This document shows, piece by piece, positions 7,985 through 18,019 of a stretch of 42,020 bases of DNA. Positions within the stretch are counted from its first letter, which is position 1; each line of letters begins with the position of its first letter. Position numbers and translations under genes: made by a program. Source of the stretch: Deltaproteobacteria bacterium TL4. GTDB lineage: Bacteria > SAR324 > NAC60-12. The notes under the pieces are model-generated. The model saw nothing but the letters and a program-made list of their open reading frames with translations. It ran no database searches and was not told the DNA's origin. The stretch spans positions 1 through 42,020 of the forward strand of contig JBBCAX010000183.1 in the NCBI GenBank assembly GCA_051382335.1. Direction: 5' to 3'.

Positions 7985-10900
7985 ATGAAGCCATCCAACC
8001 CTAATTCTGAGATAGTCATTGTCGGTGCCAGTGAACATAACCTGAAGAACGTCAGTTTGAATTTACCTCGTCATGCTCTGATTGTCTTTACAGGGGTGAG
8101 CGGTTCAGGCAAATCTTCTTTAGCCTTTGATACCCTCTTCAAAGAAGGACAGCGTCGCTTTGTTGAATCGCTGTCGCCTTATGCTCGTCAATTCCTGGGA
8201 CAAACCGACAAACCCAAGGTGGAACATGTGGAGGGGTTGAGTCCGACCATTTCTGTGAATCAAAAAACCGTCAATCGGAATCCTCGTTCAACGGTAGGAA
8301 CCGCGACAGAAATCTATGATCATTACCGGTTGTTATTTGCCCGACTGGGGGTGCCTCACTGTCCGAATTGTCATACTAAAATCACAACACAAACTCCCGA
8401 TCAGATTACAGATTACGCTTTTATTGAAGCCGCCAATGAACCCTGCATGGTCTTTGCGCCGATGGTTCAAGAGCGGAAAGGCGAATATCGCAAAGAGTTG
8501 ACGGATTGGTTGGCCGAAGGTTATTTACGAGCTCGGATTGACGGTGAAATCCGCCGTCTTGATGAAAACATTGAATTGGCACGATATGAAAAACACTCTG
8601 TGGACTTGGTGATTGACCGCTTGGTCTTGACTTCAAAGGATAAAAGCCGCTTTACCGAAGCCGTGGAAAAAGCACTGCGTCTCACTCAGGGGCTGGTCGT
8701 AGTCCAATATCATGAGCAAGATCACTTGTTTAGCCAATTGATGGCGTGTCCTGCCTGTCAAATTGCCATTCCTGAAATGGAACCCCGTTCCTTTTCGTTT
8801 AACGCGCCTCAAGGAGCTTGTCCCACATGTAATGGCTTGGGAAATTTGAGTCTTTTTCATGAAGACAAGTTATGTAATATGGAAAAATCGCTCAAAGACG
8901 GCGCCCTGCTATGTCAAATGCCTCAAGGCAATATTATTTTTAGTAAAGTGGATCAAAGTCACCTCAGTCTTTTGTATCAACAATTTGCGATTGACGATGC
9001 CCTTCCCTGGAAAGAAATTCCCTCCGCACAACGTGCTTTGATTTTGAACGGAAATGTAAAAATGTCGCTGAGTATTGCCAATGTTTTCCGTTATTCAAAA
9101 GCCTTATTGAGCAAAATCAGCAAGCAGCAGTGGCCTGGCTTGATTCCCATTTTGGAGTTTGTCAACAAGTTTGTGAAAGGGCCTTTGTTAAAATTTCAGG
9201 ACATTACTGTTTGTCCTGACTGTCAGGGGAAGCGTTTGAATCCGATGGCTTTAGCCGTTCAGTTTCACGAAAAATCCATTGAGTCGCTGTCAGGCATGAC
9301 CATTGAGGAATCTATTGTTTTTTTTGAAACGCTTCAACTTAACGCTCATGAACAGCAAATCGGACGGGATATTTTTAGAGAAATTAAAGACCGTCTCCGC
9401 TTTCTGAATGAAGTTGGTGTCGGCTATTTAAGCATGGCACGGTCCGCAGCAACCCTTTCCGGCGGAGAAGGACAGCGAATTCGTCTGGCGACCCAGTTAG
9501 GCGCAGGCTTGCAAGGGGTTTTGTATGTTTTGGATGAGCCTTCTATCGGCTTGCATCAAAGTGATAATCAAAAGCTGATTCATACCCTGAAAATGTTGCG
9601 GGACCGTGGGAATACCGTGTGTGTGGTTGAACATGATGAAGAAACCATTCTTTCCGCAGATCATATCGTGGACATCGGCCCTGTCGCAGGCAATAAAGGG
9701 GGATACATTATCGCCCAAGGCACCTTAAAGGATCTGGTGAATTCGAAGGAATCCTTGACTGGAAAATTCCTTTCAGGTCAAGAGCGCATAGAAATTCCTG
9801 CTCAGCGTCGGAAACCAGGCTCCAAAAAATTAACGATTCATAACGCCAGTCATCACAACCTGAATCAGGTAACCGTCAGTATTCCGTTAGGGCTTTTTGT
9901 CGCGGTTGCGGGCGTATCGGGTTCAGGGAAGTCTTCCTTAATTGATGGTGTCTTGAAAAAAGCGCTGGCCCAGCATCTAATCCAGAGTAAAGAGGTGCCT
10001 GGGAAACATGAAAAAATCACAGGTTATGAGACGATTGACAAAGTCATTGAGATTGATCAATCGCCTATTGGACGCACTCCCCGAAGTAATCCCGCAACCT
10101 ATACCAAACTATTTGACGAAATCCGGGATTTGTTTGTGAAAGTGCCAGAGTCCCAAGCCCGTGGTTATAAAAAAGGCAGGTTTTCCTTCAATGTGAAGGG
10201 GGGACGTTGTGAGGAATGTAAAGGGGCAGGGGTGAAAACGATAGAAATGCAGTTTTTGAGTGATATCCAAATTCCCTGCGAAGCCTGTCAGGGAAAGCGG
10301 TTCAACACAGAAACCCTGCAAATTTTCTTCAAAGATAAAACGATTTATGATGTTTTGGAAATGACCGTCAATGAAGCGTTAGTGTATTTTGAAGTAATTC
10401 CCAAAATCGCGCATATTTTAAAAACCCTCGCCGATGTGGGCCTGGGCTATGTTCATTTGGGACAGCCGTCAACCACTTTATCAGGAGGCGAAGCGCAACG
10501 GGTGAAACTGGCGTCAGAGTTGAAAAAACGCTCCACAGGCAACGTTTTATATATTTTGGATGAACCCACAACAGGGCTTCATTTTCAGGATATCCGGATG
10601 TTGTTGCGTTGTCTGAATCGCTTGGTGGATCAAGGCAACACGGTTTTGGTGATAGAGCACAATCTGGATGTGCTCAAAGTTGCGGATTATATCCTTGAAC
10701 TTGGACCAGGCGGCGGAAAATATGGAGGCGATCTGGTTTGTGAAGGCACACCGGAGCAAATAGCAGAGGCAGGATCCTTAACGGGAAAGTTCTTAAAAAG
10801 TAGTTTAAATCCTTCACATTTATGGTTTGAAAATGTTCCCTCTGCCCCAAAAACGCCTACTTCCCCCTCAAACGAACGGAACATTACGGTAAAAGGCGCG

Positions 10901-13396
10901 TCAAAAAACAATCTGCGTCACATTGATGTCTGTATTCCACTCAACAAAATGACAGTCATTACGGGAGTTTCGGGTTCAGGAAAAACAAGTTTGGCTTTTG
11001 ATACCATTTTCGCGGAAGGACAAGCCCGTTATGTGGAGTCCCTTTCAACCTATGCCCGTCGCTTTTTAGGTCGAATGGACAAAGCACCTGTGGATTCGAT
11101 TGAGGGCTTGGCACCCGCGATTGCCATTGACCAAAAAACATCAGGAAGAAATCCACGTTCAACTGTGGCAACCACAACCGAAATTTACGACTACCTCCGG
11201 CTACTTTATGCCCGTATGGGTAAATCCCATTGTCCGCACTGTGGCGTTCTGTTGCAAGGGCACACCACTTCCTCCGCGGCGGCCTTCTGCGTGAGTGAGT
11301 TTGAGGGCGAGCGCGTTGAGGTTTTAGCGCCTTTATTTCGTCCAAAGACTCGAAAAATTATGCTGTTAGATGATCCCCGGCATTTTAAGAACATTATCGG
11401 GACCTTAAGACAACAGGGTTTTCTCAGAGTGACCATCGACGATCAGCAAATTCACTTTGATGAATGGGAACAGTTACAGGCGCAAATAACGATCAAAAAA
11501 CAAGCCAGGATTGATCTGGTGATTGATCGGCTGAAAATAGAAAAGGAGCAGCAAAAACGCTTGGCGGAAGCCATTGAGGTTGCTTTTCAAAAAGGACATG
11601 GGCTTTTAAAAATCAGACGTAAGGATGCCCATGAAGAAGAAGTGTTTCTGTCAGAACGTCCTGGCTGTGTCGCCTGTGACTTTTATCAGGAGGAAGAATT
11701 AACGCCTCGGATGTTCTCGTTTAATTCCCATGTAGGGGCGTGTCCTCAATGTGATGGGTTGGGAGAAAGCTATGGTGCTCAAGTCTGTAGCGCCTGTAAC
11801 GGCAAACGTCTCAAACCCGAGTACCTGGCTGTTCTTTTAAATCAGAAAAATATAAGCCAGTTTTGCCAGTTGAATGTCAAAGCGGCAAGAAATGAGCTGA
11901 ACCAATGGCAACTCAGCGAAAATGAAAAACAAGTGGCCGAACAAGCATTGCATGAAATTCTGAACCGTCTGGATTTTCTGGAAAATGTGGGTTTGGATTA
12001 TCTAACCCTGGATCAAGCCGCCTCAACGTTATCAGGAGGTGAAGCTCAGCGAATTCGTTTGGCGTCACAAATAGGTTCAGGCTTGGTCGGGGTGATGTAT
12101 GTTTTGGATGAACCTACCATCGGTTTACATGCCAAGGATACGGGTCGCTTATTAAAGACCCTTCACCGGTTGAGAGACTTGGGAAATACCGTGATTTTAG
12201 TGGAACATGATCTTGAAACCATTCGTGCAGCGGACTACCTCATGGACTTGGGGCCAGGCGCAGGACATTATGGAGGCGAAGTGGTCGCGTTTGGAACGCC
12301 TGGACAGATTGCTCAGCAGGAAGCCTCCCTGACAGGTCAGTATTTGAGCGCGCAAAAGTCCATTCCTGTCCCAGAGAAAAGGCGTTCTCTGGATCCGCAA
12401 AAAATGCTGACGGTTTATGGCGCCCGTGAAAACAATTTGAAAAACATAAACTCTTCTTTTCCCTTAGGTGTCTTTACCGCGGTGACAGGCGTGTCAGGAT
12501 CCGGGAAGTCTTCGTTGGTCATTGATGTCCTTCAAAAGGCGATACAAAATCAGTTGAACCCACAGAAAATAACCGTGGGTGAACATGATCGAATCGCTGG
12601 TGTCAGCTTAATTGATACACTCATGGTTATTGATCAGTCGCCCATTGGCAGAACACCTCGTTCGAATCCAGCGAGCTATTCCAACGTTCTAGAACCGATT
12701 CGGTTGCTTTTTGCGTCGATGCCAGAGGCAAAAAAACGAGGCTTCACCAAACGTCGATTTTCCTTTAATGCTGTCGAAGGCCGGTGTGCTCAATGTGAAG
12801 GACAAGGACAGATTCTCATCGAGATGCATTTTCTCTCAGATGTATGGGTTCATTGCGACGAGTGTAAAGGACAACGCTATAATCGCGAGACGTTGAGCGT
12901 GACCTTTCGGGGACATACCATTGCGGACGTATTGAATTTGGAAATCAATCAAGCGGTAGAATTATTTGAAAATCAACCACGAATCCTGAGAATATGCAAA
13001 ACCCTACAAGAGGTTGGCTTGGGCTATATGAAACTGGGACAACCAGGAAATACGCTTTCTGGAGGAGAGTCCCAGCGTCTGAAATTATCAGCGGAATTAG
13101 CCAAACGTTCCACAGGGAATACGCTCTATATTCTGGATGAACCCACCACAGGCTTGCATATTGACGATGTAGCCCGATTGTTGAAGGTGTTGCATCGTTT
13201 AGTGGATCAAGGCAACACCGTCATCGTGATTGAACACAACCTGGATGTGCTCAAAACAGCGGATTATATCATCGATTTAGGGCTTGAAGGCGGAATGAAT
13301 GGTGGCACAATTGTCACCTCAGGAACCCCGGAAGAAATAGTGAACTGCGCCTCAAGTTATACGGGACAGTATCTGGCACCCTTGCTGGGTTTATGA
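7985..13396 (+). CDS. uvrA: Excinuclease ABC subunit A, double-length (two UvrA units fused)
   Basis: Four Walker A motifs (GVSGSGKS x3, GVSGSGKT), four LSGGE signatures and LDEP Walker B motifs, duplicated Zn fingers. Likely start is ATG 7985 after AGAGG (ORF open from 7889). Confidence 0.95.
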   Translation: MKPSNPNSEIVIVGASEHNLKNVSLNLPRHALIVFTGVSGSGKSSLAFDTLFKEGQRRFVESLSPYARQFLGQTDKPKVEHVEGLSPTISVNQKTVNRNPRSTVGTATEIYDHYRLLFARLGVPHCPNCHTKITTQTPDQITDYAFIEAANEPCMVFAPMVQERKGEYRKELTDWLAEGYLRARIDGEIRRLDENIELARYEKHSVDLVIDRLVLTSKDKSRFTEAVEKALRLTQGLVVVQYHEQDHLFSQLMACPACQIAIPEMEPRSFSFNAPQGACPTCNGLGNLSLFHEDKLCNMEKSLKDGALLCQMPQGNIIFSKVDQSHLSLLYQQFAIDDALPWKEIPSAQRALILNGNVKMSLSIANVFRYSKALLSKISKQQWPGLIPILEFVNKFVKGPLLKFQDITVCPDCQGKRLNPMALAVQFHEKSIESLSGMTIEESIVFFETLQLNAHEQQIGRDIFREIKDRLRFLNEVGVGYLSMARSAATLSGGEGQRIRLATQLGAGLQGVLYVLDEPSIGLHQSDNQKLIHTLKMLRDRGNTVCVVEHDEETILSADHIVDIGPVAGNKGGYIIAQGTLKDLVNSKESLTGKFLSGQERIEIPAQRRKPGSKKLTIHNASHHNLNQVTVSIPLGLFVAVAGVSGSGKSSLIDGVLKKALAQHLIQSKEVPGKHEKITGYETIDKVIEIDQSPIGRTPRSNPATYTKLFDEIRDLFVKVPESQARGYKKGRFSFNVKGGRCEECKGAGVKTIEMQFLSDIQIPCEACQGKRFNTETLQIFFKDKTIYDVLEMTVNEALVYFEVIPKIAHILKTLADVGLGYVHLGQPSTTLSGGEAQRVKLASELKKRSTGNVLYILDEPTTGLHFQDIRMLLRCLNRLVDQGNTVLVIEHNLDVLKVADYILELGPGGGKYGGDLVCEGTPEQIAEAGSLTGKFLKSSLNPSHLWFENVPSAPKTPTSPSNERNITVKGASKNNLRHIDVCIPLNKMTVITGVSGSGKTSLAFDTIFAEGQARYVESLSTYARRFLGRMDKAPVDSIEGLAPAIAIDQKTSGRNPRSTVATTTEIYDYLRLLYARMGKSHCPHCGVLLQGHTTSSAAAFCVSEFEGERVEVLAPLFRPKTRKIMLLDDPRHFKNIIGTLRQQGFLRVTIDDQQIHFDEWEQLQAQITIKKQARIDLVIDRLKIEKEQQKRLAEAIEVAFQKGHGLLKIRRKDAHEEEVFLSERPGCVACDFYQEEELTPRMFSFNSHVGACPQCDGLGESYGAQVCSACNGKRLKPEYLAVLLNQKNISQFCQLNVKAARNELNQWQLSENEKQVAEQALHEILNRLDFLENVGLDYLTLDQAASTLSGGEAQRIRLASQIGSGLVGVMYVLDEPTIGLHAKDTGRLLKTLHRLRDLGNTVILVEHDLETIRAADYLMDLGPGAGHYGGEVVAFGTPGQIAQQEASLTGQYLSAQKSIPVPEKRRSLDPQKMLTVYGARENNLKNINSSFPLGVFTAVTGVSGSGKSSLVIDVLQKAIQNQLNPQKITVGEHDRIAGVSLIDTLMVIDQSPIGRTPRSNPASYSNVLEPIRLLFASMPEAKKRGFTKRRFSFNAVEGRCAQCEGQGQILIEMHFLSDVWVHCDECKGQRYNRETLSVTFRGHTIADVLNLEINQAVELFENQPRILRICKTLQEVGLGYMKLGQPGNTLSGGESQRLKLSAELAKRSTGNTLYILDEPTTGLHIDDVARLLKVLHRLVDQGNTVIVIEHNLDVLKTADYIIDLGLEGGMNGGTIVTSGTPEEIVNCASSYTGQYLAPLLGL

Positions 13397-13554
13397 GGGA
13401 GTCATAAAATTTACATTAAGAGTTTGTAAGGTCTCAGGCTTCAAAAATTAGTTTCATTGAAAGACTGATTTAAAAAAACGTGAGTTCGGGATAAGGAAAT
13501 ACCTTCCAAATCCTCTTGTTTTATAGCTTGGAGGTTGTTTAAAACTTCTGTCAT

Positions 13555-13633
13555 TGTCATTTTGAGCCATAGACGAAGAATCTTTTTCGGTGGAAAAGCC
13601 AGAGTCTTCGTTGTTTTTCTCCTCAGAATGACA
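13555..13633. repeat. TGTCATTCTGAG...CTCAGAATGACA-type palindromic repeat
   Basis: TGTCATTTTGAG..CGAAGAATCT and AGAGTCTTCG..CTCAGAATGACA are imperfect inverted arms. Confidence 0.7.
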
Positions 13634-13638
13634 AGTGA

Positions 13639-13728
13639 GCCTTCTATGCGGTTTCTGTCCGTCGGCTCGTCAGTTTGCTCAGGGCTTCCTTCGAGGATCT
13701 CTCGCAATTTCGCCCTTGCCTTTCGCTA
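13639..13728 (-). mobile_element. Internal domain-I fragment of a group II intron
   Basis: Minus strand TAGCGAAAGGCAAGGGCG...GAAGGAAGCC..GCAAA...GCCGACGGACAGAAACCGCATAGAAGGC follows the motif order I recall for bacterial group II intron domain I. Confidence 0.55.
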
Positions 13729-13745
13729 GTGCTTAATGCTGTTAC

Positions 13746-14789
13746 TTAGGAGTTTCTCTCCAAGGTTCTCAGGTGTTTATTCGCTTTTTCTTTAGTCAAA
13801 GTCGAAACGTTTTCGATCGCTGTGCGTTTGGTCGCCTGTAAATTGAGAATGCCGCGCTTGCTTTCCCAGTTTTTAATGGTTTGTGGCGAAACCTGGATGA
13901 GTTTCGCGAATTCAGAGGGAGTCATCGCAAACTTGGCTCTCAGGTTTAGAATGCTGGCCGCTGTGATCTCAGAGGAAGAGATGGAGACGGGTTGTTCTTC
14001 GGCAGCAGGGGTGCTTTTTTTAACAGAAGGTGAAGTCCTTTTTTGAGCAACAGACGACTTTATTTTTTCGGTTTTTTTGGGTGTAGCGGCCTCATCCAGT
14101 TCCACATCAAAGAGAGCGGAGAGATCTCCAGTCACCTGACGTTTTCGTGAAGTTCCAGTGGACAACTCAAGATCTGAGGCAATCAGTTCCTCATGATTCA
14201 CATTTCTAAGGAGAAAGAGAAGTTCCGGAGAGTGATCCAGTCTCGCGCCAACGCCGTACAAAACCGCCGCGACGTGTTTACACATAGTGGCCCAATCGGG
14301 ACAGTCACACGTCAATTCAATTTCTTGGGGCTGAGGAAATAATCCCGTTTCACTGTCAGTCACCACCTTCATGATATTGGAAGATAACTTACCTTGCAGC
14401 AACTCTAACATTGAGCCAATAGAACCCGCGCATTTTTTTTTGATTTCGTTCCATTTATTTTGAGGCAGGGGTTTGATCTTAATGTTGACATTGTACAATG
14501 AGGAACCACTGACCATCGCTGTAATGGTTTCTTTTTGAATTTCGAGATGACAAACAGAACCGTTCCTGACATAAGTACGGCCACGGGGCAGTCGATTGGC
14601 ATAGTCACTGAATTTTTCAAGATGAGAACACCAGGCCGCCCCCCAAAAGGTGTTGGCAATCTTTCGTCCCTCAATAGAAATGGGCTCAATTTTTTGACCT
14701 TTTTTCATCAGTTGTTTCATTTTTTTTTCAGCAGTTGCGCGACGTTCCGCGACAGGGACATAACGCCCCCAGCCTCCATAATTTCCCAT
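13746..14789 (-). CDS. SWIM zinc-finger protein with C-terminal XRE-type HTH
   Basis: NRLPRGRTY, SWIM CDCPDWATMCKH, C-terminal LRAKFAMTPSEFAKLIQVSPQTIKNWE. Confidence 0.9.
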   Translation of the reverse strand: MGNYGGWGRYVPVAERRATAEKKMKQLMKKGQKIEPISIEGRKIANTFWGAAWCSHLEKFSDYANRLPRGRTYVRNGSVCHLEIQKETITAMVSGSSLYNVNIKIKPLPQNKWNEIKKKCAGSIGSMLELLQGKLSSNIMKVVTDSETGLFPQPQEIELTCDCPDWATMCKHVAAVLYGVGARLDHSPELLFLLRNVNHEELIASDLELSTGTSRKRQVTGDLSALFDVELDEAATPKKTEKIKSSVAQKRTSPSVKKSTPAAEEQPVSISSSEITAASILNLRAKFAMTPSEFAKLIQVSPQTIKNWESKRGILNLQATKRTAIENVSTLTKEKANKHLRTLERNS

Positions 14790-14813
14790 ATTTCCTCCAA
14801 TAATTTTAAAAAT

Positions 14814-17492
14814 CTAAAGAATCGCCTTATCCAGATCGAGCGTAACCATCTCAATTAATTCCTGGTCACTCATTTCAGTCAACAATCTTTCGGCACCTCC
14901 TCCACTCAGCAAATCTTCTGCCAAAGCCGATTTTTCCGTAATGATGGCATCAATTTTTTCTTCGATGGTCCCTGGACAAATAAATTTATGCACCAGCACA
15001 TTTTTCTTTTGACCAATACGAAAGGCCCGATCAGTAGCTTGATTTTCAACAGCGGGATTCCACCATCGATCAAAATGGATGATATGAGAGGCTGCTGTCA
15101 AATTTAAACCCGTTCCTCCGGCCTTGATGGAAAGCACAAAAAACGGAGGCCCTTCTTCCTGTTGGAAGGCTTCGACCATGGATTGCCTTTTATTGGCAGG
15201 TGTTCCTCCATGGAGGACCAGTCCCGCTTGACCAAAGCCAGAGCGCAGAAAAGCCTCAAGGGGCTCACACATTTCTCGAAACTGTGTGAAGACCAACAAT
15301 TTTTCCTGACGTAAACTGATCTCCTCCGAAATTTCAGCCAATCTTGAAAATTTACCACTTTTCTGAGAATCATAAACACCGTCTCCCAACAATTGAGAAG
15401 GATGATTACAGATTTGTTTGAAGCGCAAAAGAAAGGCGAGAATCACTCCCCTTCGTTGCATTCCGCCCTGTTGATCCAATGCCTGGGAAAGTTCCCGGAC
15501 GCACTGCTGATAAAGACGAGCTTGTTCCTTTGTGAGAGAACAATAAGCATTCACTTCCGTTTTATCAGGTAAATCGGAAATGATACTTTTATCCGTCTTG
15601 AGTCGTCTCAGAAGATAGGGCTGCACCAGATTTCTCAAAGGGGCATAGGAGACGTTCTCTTGTGATTCCAGGACGTTGACATAGTCTTTAAAACGTGTCG
15701 CGGAACCCAACAATCCGGGACAGATGAAATCGTAGAGGGACCATAAGTCCGAGAGTCGATTTTCAATGGGAGTTCCGGTTAAAACAATTTTTGAATCGGC
15801 TTTCAGTTTCTTGGCGTTTTTGGTCTGTCGCGTTCCTGGATTTTTAATGGCCTGAGCTTCATCCAAAACCACCAACTGCCATTGAATCGTTTCCAGCCAT
15901 TCTTGGCGTAGCAACATGCCATAAGTGGTAAAAACCACATCACAATCCGGGATTTTTTGGGATTGCGCATAAGCATCCATCTCTGTTTTACTCACCAAGG
16001 AGGGATGGAGAAACTGACATTTGAGGGAAGGCGCAAAACGTTCTATTTCTCTTTTCCAGTTCCCCAGGAGGGAGGTGGGAAGTACAAGCAACGAGGGCTT
16101 GGGGGTTTTATGTTTTTTCAAAATTAAAAAAAGCGCAATAATCTGAATGGTTTTCCCTAACCCCATATCATCTGCCAAACAAGCCCCTAAGCCTAATTGA
16201 TTCAAGTACCACAACCACTTCACTCCGACCTCTTGATAAGGGCGTAAGGTTGCCTTCAATTGATTTTTGGGTAAGACCGCGTCCAAAGTTTCAGGCTGTC
16301 GCATTCGGGCGAGAGTTTGCTGCAACTGTTCGTCTGCTTTAACAAAAGCCCATGCCGCTGTCTTTGAACGACGAGGGTTTTCAGCTAAATCAACCGGAGC
16401 TCCCGCCAACAAACGCATCCCTTCAATGAAGGATAGCCCATCCTTATCCGCTTGGGTTTCAATGCTTTCCCACTGAGATAAGGCTTCCTGGAGCCGTTCT
16501 TTATCGACTTCAACCCACTGCCCCCTGATCAGGACCAAACCCTCCTCAGACGCAAGAATTTCTTTCAATTCCTCCTTTGTCAGTGTTTCCTCTCCCAAAG
16601 CCACCTGCACTCGAAAATTGAGAAGTGATGACGCATTGATCGCCGAACCTGGTGATTTTGTACCAATCGTTGCGGACACTTGAGGACGTGGACGCTTTTT
16701 CCACCAATTGGGCAATTTATTGATGATGCCACTTGCTTCGAAGACGGGTAATTCTTTGAGAAAACGATAGGCCTCCCGAGGTGACCAGGCGAGAGGATGA
16801 TAGAGGTCACCGGATTCCACCAATTCTTTGGCCAGTTGACTGGATTCAGAGGCTAAATAGATGGGAGAGAGGAGATTGATGAGATGCATTTTATTCTTTG
16901 CGCCCGCATACTCTTCCAAGGCGCGTTTTAGGGGTAAGTGACGAACTTTTCCCTGCTCTGAGAGTTCTGGAGAGTAGGTTGCCATAAAAGCGAAGGGATA
17001 CTCAGGATCATTTTTATTTTCCGCCAAATGAAAACACACCCGTCCCACCTGATGCCAGTGGGGAGCCTGTGCTTTTAGAAATTCGGAGAGATTCTTAAAC
17101 TGTGCACTGATGACCTTAGAAAGCCACTGATCTAGCTGACTCCACGTATCTTTGAGGATTTCGAGCGAGAGATATTCAGCCCCTTTCATAGGAGGAACGC
17201 TGACGAGCAACAACGCCAGTTCCTCGTCTTCCGGAGGAAAGAGAGGCAGGTTTTGCTCTTCACGGGGACGATGGCAAAGAAGAGTCAGATACTGAGAAGA
17301 AAACCTGCGCCAAAAGCGGAAAGTCGGGGGAAGATCCGTTTCCTTTTTCAAGGTCGCCAACGTGAATAAGCCTTCACTGCTTTTGTTTTCCGCAAACAAC
17401 TTCGTCACCGCTTCCAAAGCACCCAACGCCTCAGATTCCACCATAAAACAATGGAGAGTCCCGGAAGGTAATAAACCGAGTTGATGATCCAT
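14814..17492 (-). CDS. SNF2-family (SWI2/SNF2) helicase/ATPase
   Basis: LRPYQ, LADDMGLGKT, LDEAQ, LTGTPIEN, GGTGLNL, DRWWNPAVENQATDRAFRIGQ. Confidence 0.95.
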   Translation of the reverse strand: MDHQLGLLPSGTLHCFMVESEALGALEAVTKLFAENKSSEGLFTLATLKKETDLPPTFRFWRRFSSQYLTLLCHRPREEQNLPLFPPEDEELALLLVSVPPMKGAEYLSLEILKDTWSQLDQWLSKVISAQFKNLSEFLKAQAPHWHQVGRVCFHLAENKNDPEYPFAFMATYSPELSEQGKVRHLPLKRALEEYAGAKNKMHLINLLSPIYLASESSQLAKELVESGDLYHPLAWSPREAYRFLKELPVFEASGIINKLPNWWKKRPRPQVSATIGTKSPGSAINASSLLNFRVQVALGEETLTKEELKEILASEEGLVLIRGQWVEVDKERLQEALSQWESIETQADKDGLSFIEGMRLLAGAPVDLAENPRRSKTAAWAFVKADEQLQQTLARMRQPETLDAVLPKNQLKATLRPYQEVGVKWLWYLNQLGLGACLADDMGLGKTIQIIALFLILKKHKTPKPSLLVLPTSLLGNWKREIERFAPSLKCQFLHPSLVSKTEMDAYAQSQKIPDCDVVFTTYGMLLRQEWLETIQWQLVVLDEAQAIKNPGTRQTKNAKKLKADSKIVLTGTPIENRLSDLWSLYDFICPGLLGSATRFKDYVNVLESQENVSYAPLRNLVQPYLLRRLKTDKSIISDLPDKTEVNAYCSLTKEQARLYQQCVRELSQALDQQGGMQRRGVILAFLLRFKQICNHPSQLLGDGVYDSQKSGKFSRLAEISEEISLRQEKLLVFTQFREMCEPLEAFLRSGFGQAGLVLHGGTPANKRQSMVEAFQQEEGPPFFVLSIKAGGTGLNLTAASHIIHFDRWWNPAVENQATDRAFRIGQKKNVLVHKFICPGTIEEKIDAIITEKSALAEDLLSGGGAERLLTEMSDQELIEMVTLDLDKAIL

Positions 17493-17592
17493 TTCATTCC
17501 ACCAGTCAGAAGGTAATTAAAGATTTAGGGGTTGTCTCTCACTTGGGTCTATGCGGTCTAACATTTGTATGACGAATCTGGACCTACGGCAA

Positions 17593-17777
17593 CTATAGAC
17601 GTTCATTTAAATAATTTCATTGGAATCAATGTGGAGTACCAAAGCTTGCTTTGGCAAAATTCAAAGAAAAGCTTTGGCTTTTCTGGTCAAAGCAAGCTTT
17701 GACACTCCTAATAATGAGTCGATTAAATGGATCGTCCGAAATATACATTCTGAATTTATTTAAATGAACATCTATAG
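17593..17777. mobile_element. MITE-like element, shell family B (uninterrupted copy) with GGAG REP doublet
   Basis: 22-bp TIR CTATAGA(C/T)GTTCATTTAAATAA with one mismatch. Internal GGAGTACCAAAGCTTGCTTTGG ... CAAAGCAAGCTTTGACACTCC. Confidence 0.9.
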
Positions 17778-17831
17778 GTAAAAGCAGACTACCTTATTGA
17801 GGTTGTTCCACAAATATTGTTTCACTTCAAG

Positions 17832-18019
17832 ATTTTTCCATTGTTCTCGCATGTTCGGCCATGTGTCAAAAATTTGATCTTTGATGTTCCACCTGCTTTG
17901 TATTTTATCCCGTAGCAGACCTGTGTGTCTGCCCGGGATCAGGGCGAACACACAGGTTCGCCCCTACAATTTGTGGCCGAAAATATGACCAACCCCATTT
18001 TTCCATTGTTCTCGCATGT
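17832..18019. repeat. 23-bp perfect direct repeat enclosing a GTAG REP doublet
   Basis: ATTTTTCCATTGTTCTCGCATGT at 17832-17854 and 17997-18019. GTAGCAGACCTGTGTGTCTGCCC ... GGGCGAACACACAGGTTCGCCCCTAC at 17912-17967. Confidence 0.85.

Noticed and set aside
13441..13729. ORFs 13441-13707 and 13535-13729
   Set aside because: They overlap repeat and intron debris, with no recognisable domain.
17832..18019. Possible mini-CRISPR (two 23-bp repeats)
   Set aside because: Only two copies, a 142-bp spacer containing a REP, and no cas genes.
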